In this document: one piece after another, positions 26,095 to 38,319 of the stretch | Layout: every line of letters begins with the position of its first letter | How positions within the stretch are numbered: position 1 is the first letter of the stretch | From: Squalus acanthias | Lineage: Eukaryota | Length of the DNA stretch: 64,000 bases | NCBI GenBank assembly: GCA_030390025.1 | Contig: CM059442.1 | Location: 27,032,001 to 27,096,000 of the forward strand | Reading direction: 5' to 3' | Position numbers and translations under genes: made by a program | The notes under the pieces: model-generated | Databases searched by the model: none | The model's input: only the letters and a program-made list of their open reading frames with translations | What the model was told of the DNA's origin: nothing

Positions 26095-28622
26095 TTTTTA
26101 TCCATTCATGGGTTATGGGCCCATCCCTAATTGCCCTTGAGAAGGTGGTGGTGAGCCACCTTCTTGAACCGCTGCCGTCAGTGAGGTGAAGGTACTCCCA
26201 CAGTGCTGTTAGGCAGGGAGTTCCAGGATTTTGACCCAGCGACAATGAAGGAACAGCGATATATTTCCAAATCAGGATGGTGTGTGCCTTGTAGATGGTG
26301 GAAAGGCTTTGGGGAGTCAGGAGGTGAGACCCTCGTTGCAGAATACCCAGCCTCTGACCTGCTCTTGTAGCTACAGTATTTATGTGGCTGGTCCAGTTAC
26401 GTTTCTGGTCAATGGTGACCCCACAGGATGTTGATGGTGGGGGATTCGGCGATGGTAATTTCGTTGAATGTCAAGGGGCGGTGGTAAGATACTTGCTTGT
26501 TGGAGATGGTCATTGCCTGGCACTTCTGTGGCGCGAATGTTACCTGCCACTTATCAGCCCAAGACTGAATGTCATCCAGGTCTTGCTGCATGCGGGCATG
26601 GACTGCTTTATTATCTGAGGAGTTGCGAATGGCACTGAACACTATGCGGTAATCAGCGAACATCCCCACTTCTGACCTTATGATGGAGGGAAGGTCAGTG
26701 ATGAAGCTGCTGAAGATAGTTGGGCCTTGGACACTGCCCTGAGGAACTCCTGCGGCTGTGATGATTGACTTCCAACCACTACAACCATCTTCCTTTGTGC
26801 TAGGTATGACTCCAGCCAGTGGAGAGTTTTCACCCCGATTCCCATTGACTTCAGTTTTACTAGGGCTCCTTGATGCTGGGATGTTGTCAGGGCCCTTAGC
26901 CTTTGCTGTATCCAGTGTGCTCAGCCGTTTCTTAATATCACGTGGAGTGAATTGAATTGGCTGAAGCCTGGCTTCTGTGATGGTAGGGACCTCTGGAGTA
27001 GGCCGATATGGATCATCCACTCGGCCCTTCTGGCTGAAGATGGTTGCAAAAGCTTCAGCCTTGTCTTTTGCACTCGTGCTGGGCTCCACCATCATTGAGG
27101 ATGGGGATATTCATGGAGCCTCCTCCTCCCGTTAGTTGTTTAATGGTCCACCACCATTCACGATTGGATGTGGCGGGACTGCAGAGCTTTGATCTGATCC
27201 GTTGATTGTGGGATCGCTTAGCCCTGTCTATAGCATGCTGCTTCTGCTTTTTAGCATGTATGTAGTCCTGTGTTACAGCTTCCCCAGATTGGCACCTCAT
27301 CTTTAGGTACGCCTGGTGCTGCTCCTGGCATGCTCTTCTACACTCCTTATTGAACCAGGGTTGGTCCCCTGGCTTGATGGTAATGGTAGAGTGAGGGATA
27401 TGACGGGCCATGAGGTTACAGATTGTGGTAGAATACAATTCTGCTGCTGCTGATGGCCCACAGCGCCTCATGGATGTCCAGTTTTGAGCTGCTAGATCTG
27501 TTCCGAATCTATCCCATTTAGCACGGTGGTAGTGCCACACAACACGATAGAGGGTGTCCTGAGTGTGAAGACGACATTTCGTCTCCACAAGTACTGTGCA
27601 GTGGTCACTGCTACCAATGCTGTCATGGACAGATGCATCTGCGACAGGTAGATTGGTGAGGACGAGGTCAAGTAGGTTTTTCCCCTCGTGTTGGTTCTCT
27701 CACCATCTGTTGCAGGCCCAGACTGGCAGCTATGTCCTTCAGGAGCCAGCTCGGTCAGTAGTGGTGCTACCGAGCCACTCTTGGTGATGGACTTTGAAGT
27801 CCCCCACCCAGAGTACATTCTGTGCCCTTGCTACTCTCAGTACTTCTTCCAAGTAGTATTCAACATGGAGGAGTACTGATTCATCAGCTGAGGGTGGTAG
27901 GTGGTAATCAGCAGGAAGTTTCCTTGCCCATGCTTGACCTGAAGCCATGAGACTTCATGGGGGCCGGAGTCAATGTTGAGGACTCCCAGAGCCACTCCTT
28001 CCTGACTGTATACCACTGTGCTGCTACCCCTGGTGGGTCTGACCTGCAGGGATAGTGATGGAGGAGTTTGGGACAATGGCTGAAAGGTATGATTCTGTGA
28101 GTATGACTATGTCCGGCTGTTGTTTGACTAGCCTGTGGGACAGTGCTCCCAATTTTAGCACAAGTCCCCAGATGTTGGTGAGGAGGACTTTGCAGGGTCG
28201 ACTGGGCTGGGTGTGCCGTTGTCGTGTCCATAGTCGGTGCCTAGGTGGATGCCAGGTGGTCCGTCCAGCTTTATTATGTTGTTTTTCATAGCGGTTTTTT
28301 ACAACTGAGTGACTTGCTAGGCCATTTCAGAGGGCAGTTAAGAGTCAACCACATTGCTGTGGGTTTGGAGTCACATATAGACCAGGTAAGGATGACAGAT
28401 TTCCTTCCCTAAAGGACATTAGTGAACCAGATGGGTTTTTACGACAATCTGATAGTTTCATGGTCACCATTACTGATGCTAGTTTTTTATTCCAGATTTA
28501 TTTAATTAACTGAATTTAAATTCCCCAGCTGCCATGGTGGGATTTGAACTCACGTCTCCGGGTCATTAGTTCAGGCCTCTGGATTACTAGTCTGGTAACA
28601 TAACCACTATGTTACCGTTCCC
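26095..28622 (-). mobile_element. 5'-complete, internally deleted LINE family B copy with a tRNA-like head
   Basis: On the minus strand: A/B boxes at 28540-28614, then APE N-terminus KVLLTNIWGL..QPDIVILTESYL, VGDFKVH, RT GVPQGSVQGP..GMFADY and the family tail near 26100. Confidence 0.9.
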
Positions 28623-29216
28623 AGAAATTGCTGAAAACATTTCTGATAATCGTTTGGGTGGCATCTTAAATTCTCCACTTACTACTAGAAATATGGTTTG
28701 TAACATAATAGATGTTTAAAAATTGCACAAAAGCAATGACATGTACCAACACAGTAGCGTTTTTGTTTGAGTTGCCTGTAATAACGTTTTCAATTGGAGG
28801 CATATGCCTATATGAAAAGCTTTGAATTCATTGCAGATTCCCAGACCCATTGTTCGTTGAAGAGACTCAAGCTAACAGGCTACCGCTCCTACCATGTGAC
28901 TGTCCCTACAGCCTGTAGAAATTTTCATTACTGGCCTTTCACAGAACATGCTAGGAGCTGCTGCTTGTAAGTCCTGCCCCTTCAACTCCGGTATATCATG
29001 GAAAATTATAGAGAATGAAAACCTCCAGCGAGACCATTTTTAAGAGAGTGAAAGTAGCCAGAATTATCTTTTTTTTTACAAGATAAGGTAACACATGAAG
29101 CAATTTTCCTTAAAATAAAGCAACAGGACTTACTGCATTCATTGTTTAGATCACGTGTGACAAATGTAAACAATGCCAAATTACAAAGCAGAATTTTTAT
29201 ATTTTGTAGTCCATTC

Positions 29217-29454
29217 TAAATGGTCACAAGTTGTCTTTTGTTTGTTTATACGGAGAAATCATGATTCTTTGTGTGAACAGGTAATAATTTCTGGAAGAAG
29301 ATTGTGAATAAAAACACTACCTTTTATTTTATTAACCAAATATTTTACTTCAGTACACCAAATACTGTTACATAGATGTTCGGTAAGGAAGGAAAGATGT
29401 CAATTAGATTATATTGGTAAACTGCTGGAAAACACTCAAGTGCTTGACCTTTTA
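29217..29454 (+). repeat. Diverged direct repeat, copy 2
   Basis: See 25497-25740. Confidence 0.85.
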
Positions 29455-29709
29455 TGGAATTTTCCATGCCCAAATTCAAAGAATATGGCATATAATATTT
29501 CATTTGATTTCTCTTCTATATGGTGCCACATGATAGTGATATATGTAAACAAATTCTAATTTTAAGAAATAATTTATGAAATTTGTTTAGGAAATGGACC
29601 TGAATTGGAGAAAATCTAAAGTGGAAAATGTATTTATAATAGTGTTTGTCAATCAAAGATGTAAATATTTCCTATGTAAACATTTCACTAGCATGGTCTG
29701 TTGCTGGAA

Positions 29710-31200
29710 GTGAGTGCAGGTAAAGCTGTAGAAAAGGCCAACAGCATTTTGGGTCTTATTAATAGGGGCTTGGAGTACAATAGTGAAAAGGTAATAAATT
29801 TCTACAAAACTTTGGTAAGACCACACACAGGGCTGGATTTTGTGAATGGAGGCGAGTTGGAGGCAGGACTGCTGCTTGTCGTGTCAATGTCCCGCCTCCA
29901 TCCTTGCCTGACCAATCGGAGGGATTTTCCCCTGTGAGCTTGTTAAGCCCGCCCTGCGGGCTCAGCAGGCCAATTAGGGAGGAAGTCACTGACCGAGCAC
30001 GTCAACGTCAGACGTGCTATCTGTCAAGACTTCTTGAAAGAAGAAATGACAGCGTTTGACAGCTCTGTGAAGCTGTCAAACACTGACATTCTCTTTAGTT
30101 TGATGAGGACTCATCAAACCTTTCAACTTTGTAAATTTCACATGTCTGTAGGATCAGAGGATACAACAGCCATTATGTGAAATTGACAAGGAGGATGTCT
30201 GCTCTCCCGATCCACCGCGGCTAAATGCTGTAGAAAGAAAACAAGGTAAGTGCACACTTTTTTAAACTTATCACTCACCTTGCATACTTACCACTCCACA
30301 CTTGCACCCATCACTCACCTCTACACCTTACTTCCAGGTGCCTCCGACCCCCGCAGACCTCCTCCACATCTCCTCCAACCCGGCGGGGTTCTCCGAGGTC
30401 GGGAAGCCTTCACCTGTGAAGGTAAAATGGCACTAATCCTTTTTTCTGCCTGTTAACTACCTGTTAACAGGCAGTTAAAAGGTTTAACTGCCTTTCCCGC
30501 CTCCAGGAGACGGGACCTGAAGCTGCACATCCTCCCACCTCCTGGCAAAAGGGCACTGAGGTGGGATGGGGCGGCTTTGCCATCCGCCCCACTTTCTCCG
30601 ATTTTACCGGCTGTCCCGCCTCCATGGCCGCCTCCTCGGGGCTGAGAAAATCCAGCCCATAGAGTACTGTGAGCAGTTTTTGGTACCCTATTATAGAAAG
30701 GACATTAAAAACATAGAGCACATACTGTGGGGATTCACCAAGATGATGGCAGGGATGGGAACTATAGATATTAGGAGACTTGAGATATTGGTACTATTTC
30801 CACTGGAGCTGATAAGACTAAGGCTAAGGAAAATTGATAAAGATTTTTAAAATTATGAAGGGTTTTGATAGAGTGGATAGGGAAAGATTATTTCCTCTGG
30901 TTGGAGAGTGATGCGGAAATAATCATTTTAAAATTGTCACTAAGAGAATGAAGAGAGGTTAGAAGAAAATTATTTATGTAGCAAGTTGTTGGAGCATAGA
31001 ATGCTTTGCCACCAGGAGTGATGATGTAGAGACCATAGCATCTTTTATGGGAAAATTGGATAATATTTGAAGCAGAGGAAGATATAGAGCTATGGGAAGA
31101 GAACAGTTGGATTAGCTTTGGATTGATCTGCCCAAGAGCCTGGCACAGACAAGATAGGCCAAATATCCTCTTTCTGTGTTGCAAACTTCTATGCTTCTAA
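29710..31200 (+). mobile_element. Old CR1 3' fragment split by a MITE
   Basis: KANSILGLINRGLEY..KTLVRPH (insertion) EYCEQFLVPYYRKD; TTCTATG tail near 31190. Confidence 0.85.
29830..30658. mobile_element. Harbinger-type MITE
   Basis: Perfect 12-bp TIR GGGCTGGATTTT; flanks ACA/ATA; splits the CR1 reading frame cleanly. Confidence 0.9.
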
Positions 31201-31561
31201 GAACCAATCAAACCACTCAATTTTGTTTTTAAAGAATTGTTCGTCATTCTTTTCTAATTTCTAATGACCAAAAGTAAGGTTTTATACAAATTTTTAAAAA
31301 TCAAACATTACACATTTCACAATAACATGATTAAATTTACCCACTGAATTGCTTTTTTATGTCTTTTAATATGTCCACAAAAATGATTGCTTCATGGCCT
31401 CAGCCTCTCAAAATCCTGAGCTTTAACTGGATATTTTACTTCACAGTAGTTGGAGACATCTTTCAATCACAATGGTGTATTCGGAACATGATTTTAACTG
31501 CCAGGCAGGAATGCAGCAAAGCGAGCTGGGTGCCTGATTGGGACCGGTCTGGTGCTGGTGT

Positions 31562-32124
31562 GACCACACCTAGAGTACTGCGTACAGTTTTGGTCCCCTT
31601 ATTTAAGGAGGGATATACTTGCATTGGAGGCAGTTCAGAGAAGGTTCACTCGGTTGATTCCTGGGATGGAAGGCTTGTCTTATGAGGAAAGGTTGAGCAG
31701 GTTGGGCCTATACTCATTGGAGTTTAGAAGAATGAGAGGTGATCTTATTGAAACATAAGATTCTGAAGGGGCTTGACAGGGTAGATGCTGAGAGGATGTT
31801 TCCCCTTGTGGGGGAATCTAGAACGAGGGGCATAATCTCAGAATAAGGGGTCGCCCATTTAAGACGGAGATGAGGAATTTCTTCTCTGAGGGTTGTGAAT
31901 CTTTGGAATTCTTTACCCCAGAGAGCTGTGGAAGCTGAGTCATTGAATATATTCAAGGCTGAGATAGACAGATTTTTGAGCAGCAGGGGGGAGTCAAGGG
32001 TTATGGGGAGAGGGCAGGAAAGTGGAGTTGAGGCCAAAATCGGATCAGCCATGGTCTTATTGAATGGCGGAGCAGGCTCGAGGGGCCAAATGGCCTATTC
32101 CTGCTCCTAATTCTTATGTTCTTA
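31562..32124 (+). mobile_element. CR1 3' fragment, inserted in a degenerate MITE (about 31480-32600)
   Basis: [19 protein letters not shown] motifs; tail TTCTTATGTTCTTATG. Confidence 0.9.
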
Positions 32125-32649
32125 TGACCACCAGCTGGCAGGCTGGGCCGATTTTAACGGTTGGGCCTCAATAACCTGCTGCTTTCTGACTTCCTGACCA
32201 AAAGGGCCAGGAAGCGGGTGGCAGGAGGCCACTATTGTGGACCCATGGGAATGGTCCGTTGCACACGCTAAGTGTTCCAGGATGGAAATCCTGGTCGGGG
32301 GAGGGGCAGGGATGCACAAGGTTTCCTGGAGAGGCCCAGAGGAAACTTTAAAAAAATGTTAAACTTTCCTTGCTGGGCCTCTTCTGGCCCTGGCTGCTGT
32401 TCCCAGGAGGTTTTACCTGGTGGGGAATCCACCCCTGCTCCCCCGCTATGGCCTTGGGTTAAAATAGTAGATCGGCCCCGATAACACCATTGGAGCACAA
32501 TCTGCCTATTTAATGAGGATTCAAATGAGTGGCTTTGCCACCTACAATTTAAAATTGCAGTCGGCCGGATTGGAGCAGGAAAGGAATGGTAAGTTCCTCG
32601 CTCCAAGTCCGGGGCCTCATTGACTGTACCCATGTCACCCTGTGGGCTG

Positions 32650-33220
32650 TTTCACACAACCCCACTGTCTTTATGAATCGCAAAGAATTCCACTCCATTA
32701 ATGTACAACTGGTGTGTGATCACTAGCAGCGCATTATGCACGTCAGTGCCCACTTTCCTGGCAGCTGTTTTTATATTGAGTCAATCCTCCATCACATCCC
32801 ACTCTTTGCTCCTGCACAGTAAACAAGAGGCTAACTGAGGACAAGGGCTATCCCCTGCACACATGGCTCATGATTGATGGCTGAACTACACTATAATCAG
32901 ATCCATGGCTCGACTAGAGCCCTCATCGAGCAGACCATTGAAGTCGTCAAGAACGGCAGCTGCCTGGACAGGGCTAGGGACTTCCTCCAGTTCAACTCGA
33001 GTGTCCTGGTTAATAGTTTTTTTTGTATGCTGCATTACTTGGTTCTGCAACGAGAGCAACATATGGAGCCACCACTGGACAAAGACCTCCAACAAGATGA
33101 GGAAGACAACACTGATGGCATGGAGAATGTCGAAGAAGCTGGTGGACTCCATCACCAACCTACAGCTAGAGCTCTTTGGCAGAAGCTTATTAAAGAGCAC
33201 TTCAGCTGTATAATCCACAT
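32650..33220 (+). pseudogene. Harbinger transposase (HARBI1-like DDE) remnant
   Basis: Frameshifted FMNRKEFHSINVQLVCDH, DKGYPL, YNQIHGSTRALIEQTIE and CMLHYL motifs. Confidence 0.85.
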
Positions 33221-34084
33221 GTCCCTGCCTTAACAGTCACATCCAACACCTGCCCCACTCCTAACAGCCTCCAATAAACTACATCTGCCAAAGACCAACA
33301 TTGATATTCACATCACCTGACATTATTGGGTCATCACCTATGACAGGAACATTCTGCACAGAAAGATTTTAAAAAAGTTTATCATTTTGCTGCCTTACAT
33401 AACTTGTTCACAAATTAATTGTCACCTGGGTGTGAGCCTACAGTGCCTGTCTTAATTACTCTCTTAACCACTCTAGTGTTCCTCTGAGATGCTTCCCCCC
33501 AGTGACTTCAGCATTGAAGGTGGAAGACTGCTATGGTTCAGATGAGGGATCCTGAAATATTTGTGGTCTGTGACCTCCAGGAATTTGGACAGGAGAAGGC
33601 CTGGCTGCAGACTGCACCATCCTGGAGAGGTGGCCCTTATCTTCTGTTTAACACAGTCTACTTTAATCACCCCTGCCTTAACTCCTTCGCCCCCACCTTC
33701 AAATAAAGGACTAATCCTTTAATCAAGTACCTAATCCTAGAATAAGACAATACAGCAGATCTCTTTGCCCCTAGATGACCATGCAAATTATAATCACCTG
33801 ATTGAATAAGTCAGCACAAAATAAGTGCACCCTTTCCTGTCAAGATTATCATTTTCATAAATAACAAAGTATGAAATAAGTGCACATTCTCCTTTAATAC
33901 AAACCCCAAAATGAACAGAAGCCAGTCTACTCATTCCTGACAGTGTGCCTCCTCTTAGTGCCTAAACATGCCTTTCTCCTATTCTAGAGCTTCTCCTAGC
34001 TGCAACCTGAGGGCCAGTATCGTGAGAAGTGGCTGGATGCTCCTATGTTACAAAAGACTCATGGGCCTGAGGTGTCCCTCCTCT

Positions 34085-34330
34085 CACAGAATCACAGAAT
34101 CCCCACAGTGCAGATAGAGGCCATTTCGGCCCATCGAGCCTGCACCGACACATATCCCACCCTATCCCCGTAACCCCACGTATTTAATCCCCCCCTAACA
34201 CTAAGGGTCAATTTATCATAGCCAAATCAACCTAACCCGCACATCTTTGGACTGTGGGAGGAAACCGGAGCACCCGGAGGAAACCCACGCAGACACGGGG
34301 AGAATGTGCAAACTCCACACAGACAGTCAC
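34085..34330 (-). mobile_element. HE1-like V-SINE, 5'-truncated
   Basis: V domain GGGTTTCCTCCGGGTGCTCCGGTTTCCTCCCACAGTCCAAAGA on the minus strand; CR1-type tail with ATTCTGTG repeats. Confidence 0.9.
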
Positions 34331-34339
34331 AGTCTCTCA

Positions 34340-35740
34340 TGGCAGCTTGCTTCTGGGAGGGCACCATTGCTGGTTGCATTTCTGGAGCTTGTGTCTGGGC
34401 AGCCTGATATCACCTCCTGTGCACCACTGGCATGGTGCTGAGGGTGAAGGCCGGATGGCTGGCATGTGCTGCTGTCCTGAGAACCAACAGCCTCAGACAG
34501 GTTTATTCCAGCTGTGGCCTTTTCACTGGACCCTGAATCTGTGCCCTTACTGATCAGCACACTGGCTGGCTAATAGCAGCTATCAGATCCTGAAAGCAAA
34601 GAGACAGCAGGATGCATCCAGATGCCCAGGGTCAGGGAGTCGGGAAGCAGGGTGCAGTCTAATCTCTCCCTTACTGCTAGTAGAGCAGTAGTCTGTTTAT
34701 TCCTGAAAGAAGAGGTACCAACTGGTACCTGGCTGCTTCTGAGGTGGGAGTCTGCTACTGAGTCCAATGAAGCTGCCACACGCTCCATTAATGCCCTTAA
34801 CGAAGAAAAAACTTCCCTGATGTTATCACAAATGAAGATTGTAGACTCAGGAGTCATACCTTTCAGTTGTTGCACATCATCAGAGACTGATCTCAGGGCC
34901 TGCATGTGCACAAGCCTGTTCCTCGAACATCTTTCTTTTCAGGTGAGTGCCCATGAGATCTGGGTACAATAACTCTGAAGTCATGGGCAGCTTTCTCCTC
35001 CACCTCTGCTGGGAAGCTGGCACATCCTCACCCACTCCCCAATCCACCAGTTCCCTCATCCGCCCTAACACTATCTGAAAAGTATCTGAGCTGGTGCACG
35101 GAAATGAACAACAAGTGACACGGGGTGAAATCGATGGGGCGGTGGCAGAGGAAAACAGCTCAGGATTTTTGTCCAGTGACTAATGGGTAGGCTTGACCTT
35201 CACATCATTTCCCTCTTCATTCTCCTCCTCCAGCATCATTATCCACAGAGTCCACAAGGAAAAAGTTCTGTCTCTGCTGCTCCTCCTCCTCCTCATCTTC
35301 CTCTTCATCGCCTGTCCCCCATTGGATTTGCAAGAAAGGAGGGTGTAAGATAAGGATGACATTAAGAACATTAAGAAGCCGGAGAAAGGTGTGGAAGTTT
35401 GTGGCTGTATGCAGCTTCAGAAGAATGCTGCAGCAACTGTGTAGGTGTGCACCCATTAACCTGGTGCTGGTATTGTGCCACCGACCTCACCGTCTCCGAT
35501 AGCTATAGCAGACTGCTTCCCTAGCAGCTCCATGGCCTGCTTCTCATGGGGGTGAGGCCCATAATGTCAGGGATGCCACCCCCAGTCCCCTGCCTCCCGC
35601 AGACATTGTACAAAATTTCTCCTGCAACAAGACTGAATGGATTGGGTGAAAGCTGGCCATTGATGGATGTGTTCCAGGTGCGCTCCTCAGCTGATGGAAA
35701 GAGTTTTACGGTTCTGCATGCAAATAAGTGCCATTAGGGG
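34340..35740 (-). pseudogene. Probable remnant of the Harbinger second (Myb/SANT) gene
   Basis: Convergent with the transposase remnant; coiled-coil-like minus ORFs (IREVFSSLRALMERVAASLDS) and an acidic tract; highly degenerate. Confidence 0.4.
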
Positions 35741-35914
35741 AGATGGTGATATATACTCTAACATACTAAGTTAGTGTCTTCCTTAACTAAAGTGCATTGT
35801 GAAGGGTTATTTGTATAGCTCTTGATGCTAGAGGATGTAGATTGTACTGGTGCTCAGGGGAGAAAATAGAGAGTGACTGGTGTGTTACTTTGTCAGCCCT
35901 GGTCTTGCAGCATT

Positions 35915-36373
35915 AAAAAAGAAAAAAGAAAGACTTGCATTTATATAGTGCCTATCACGACCTCAGGGCGTCCTAAAGCACTTTACAGCAATAAAGTACT
36001 TTTGAAGTGCAGTCACTTCAAAATGTTGTAGTGTAGGAAACGTGGCAACCAATTTGCGTACAGCAATGTGATAATCACCAGATAATCTGTTTTTAGTAAT
36101 GTTGATTGAGGGATAAATATTGGCCAGGACACCAGGGATAACTCCCCTACTCTTCTTCGAATTAGTGCCATACGATCTTTTGGGTCCACCTGTTAGAGCA
36201 GACGGGTCCACGGTTTAACGTCTGATCCAAAAGACAGCACCTCCGACAGTGCAGCGTTCCCTCAGTACTGCACTGGAATGTCAGTCTAGATTTTTGTGCT
36301 CATTTCTCTGGAGTAAACCCACAACCTTCAGACTCGGAGGTGAGAGTGCTACCAACTGAGTCACAGCTGACAC
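35915..36373 (-). mobile_element. Deu-domain SINE
   Basis: Reverse complement of the 12961 family; head GTGTCAGCTGTGACTCAGTTGG at 36373; B box partly deleted. Confidence 0.9.
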
Positions 36374-36389
36374 ACTGCTACCTCCCTTC

Positions 36390-38018
36390 TGTAGAGTTTC
36401 GCAATTATCGCGATTCAAAATAACATGAGAAAAGCAGATTCAATTGATCAGTTTTATTAAACGAAATGCTGTCCTGATAATAAAGGACACAGAAGCCTGT
36501 AAAATGGCCGCCGCGCATCATGGCAGAAGCTTCCAGAAACACAGTGGGCAGACAAGATGGTGTCGAATATACATTCAGTATGAGATTGGATCATACTCGG
36601 TACACATTGATAAAGACACATTGCAACCCATTTGCATTTTGAGCAATAGCAATGATATAAGTGCTGGAATCATTTTCCTATGCACAGTAAGGATCATTGA
36701 ACTGGGCAATCGAAGGCCCATCCAGACACATCAATACACAAATACCCCCCGGCTCAACAATGAGAGACACATTGGCGGGTGATTAAGCCAGTATTCGGGG
36801 GGCCCCAAAACCAGTCGAGGAGACGATTCATACACATCCTGACTAGCTCAATAATGGAGAAGGTATTAACGGATAGTTGGCCAGTTTCAGGTGCTACCGA
36901 AACCCGTTAAGAAGATAATCGCCCCATGCTGGGAGTTTTAAGCGCCAAAATCACACAAAGGATAAACATTTAGATTTGAGCGGGAGATAAAGGGGACATA
37001 ACAGTATAACTATAGAGAACAAATGTCCATCGGTCTCTTATCTCTCTGCTGACCCTTGCTGAAGCTCTTCCTGAACTCGCTGGACTTTTGGTCGCTTGAT
37101 TCTCTGGACTCTGTTGACTCTTGACTCTTAGCCGTACTGGTCGGTTATTCGAGTGTTGGGTGGAGCTCAATCGGAACGAGCCGCCTCGACAAGGGCAAGT
37201 AACAGGGTACACCATCCCGAGTGTCGGTAAACGGTGTCTGGACCCGGAGGCCCGAGAAGACGAGAAGAAAACGAGAAGAAATTCCACGTGCCGCCACGGT
37301 CAGTAAACCCCGACCGTGCCCGAAAATATATACCGACAGAACTTTCCTTTGAGTTCTACCGACTTCTACATGTACCGTAACACAGGAAGATTCTTCTTTG
37401 AATTCTAAGACGGTTTGAGTCCATCGACTGCTTCATGACATCAGGGAGTCTGGCTTGCCTTTCGCAGCAGCGAAAGTAAACAAGTGGGGTGCAGAAACCC
37501 TTCCAAACACGTGACAGTCAGGCGCTGCAGCGAAACGAGCTGAGTGCCTCACTTTAAAATCTCCGAAGTAAGCCGAGTGGTGAGCATGTTTTCCGATCCT
37601 ACAAATCCAGACGTAGTTTAGGTATTGTTAAGGGAGGGTGGTTTTTAATAAGGTTAAGGTATAATGTGTTCCCCTTTTTACGATGTGCCGTGTGTTCTCC
37701 ATTTCCATAGACCAAGTTTTATGAATGTGTGTATACTTGTACTCTCTTTGATCTGTGCCTATGACATGTATTTCATGATTTTAGACGCCATGCAATAAAG
37801 ATATTCATTTCGTGCTATTCAACCGGGTCTATCTGAGTTTTTCTCTGCATTACTGCTCCTTGCATCTAAGTCCAGGTGTCAGAACCGTAAGGGCGAGTGG
37901 GTCGAACCACTCACAGGTGCTTATTACAAAAGGACTGGCCGGAGACCAGAGCAAGCAATAGTATAGGCAACGAAGGCCTAACCTCGCACCAGCACCGTCT
38001 GAGACACACCCCCTTACA
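36390..38018 (+). mobile_element. Solo LTR, family A (about 1.63 kb)
   Basis: TGTAGAG..CCTTACA termini; 4-bp TSD CTTC/CTTC; TATA-like motif near 37004 and AATAAA near 37794; second copy at 38320. Confidence 0.9.
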
Positions 38019-38319
38019 CTTCACATGGCACGAGACACAATTTTTTGCAGTTTCCTTCCATGGAAACCCAGCAGTCCATCTCTCTCTCTCTCTCTCTTCT
38101 CCGCTTAATTTCCTCACGAAACGTTTCAGATCAATTTCATTGAAATTGTGGGCTCTTCTATTGTTTCTCTTTGTAATATTCTTGTCCTTTCTTCAGCCTA
38201 TGTCCTATGCCAAATCATTCAGTGGAAGACGTTCTTGAATAGTCAGACAAAAATCACACGAGTCATCCAGTGCAGCTATCTTATAATGAACTCAGTAAGC
38301 CAAATGCTTGCCTACTCAC

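Noticed and set aside
28540-28622. A bona fide tRNA gene
   Set aside because: A/B boxes are present, but there is no convincing acceptor stem or terminator and it continues into a retroelement body
32650-33233. A domesticated HARBI1 gene
   Set aside because: Multiple stops, frameshifts and deletions indicate a decayed transposon copy
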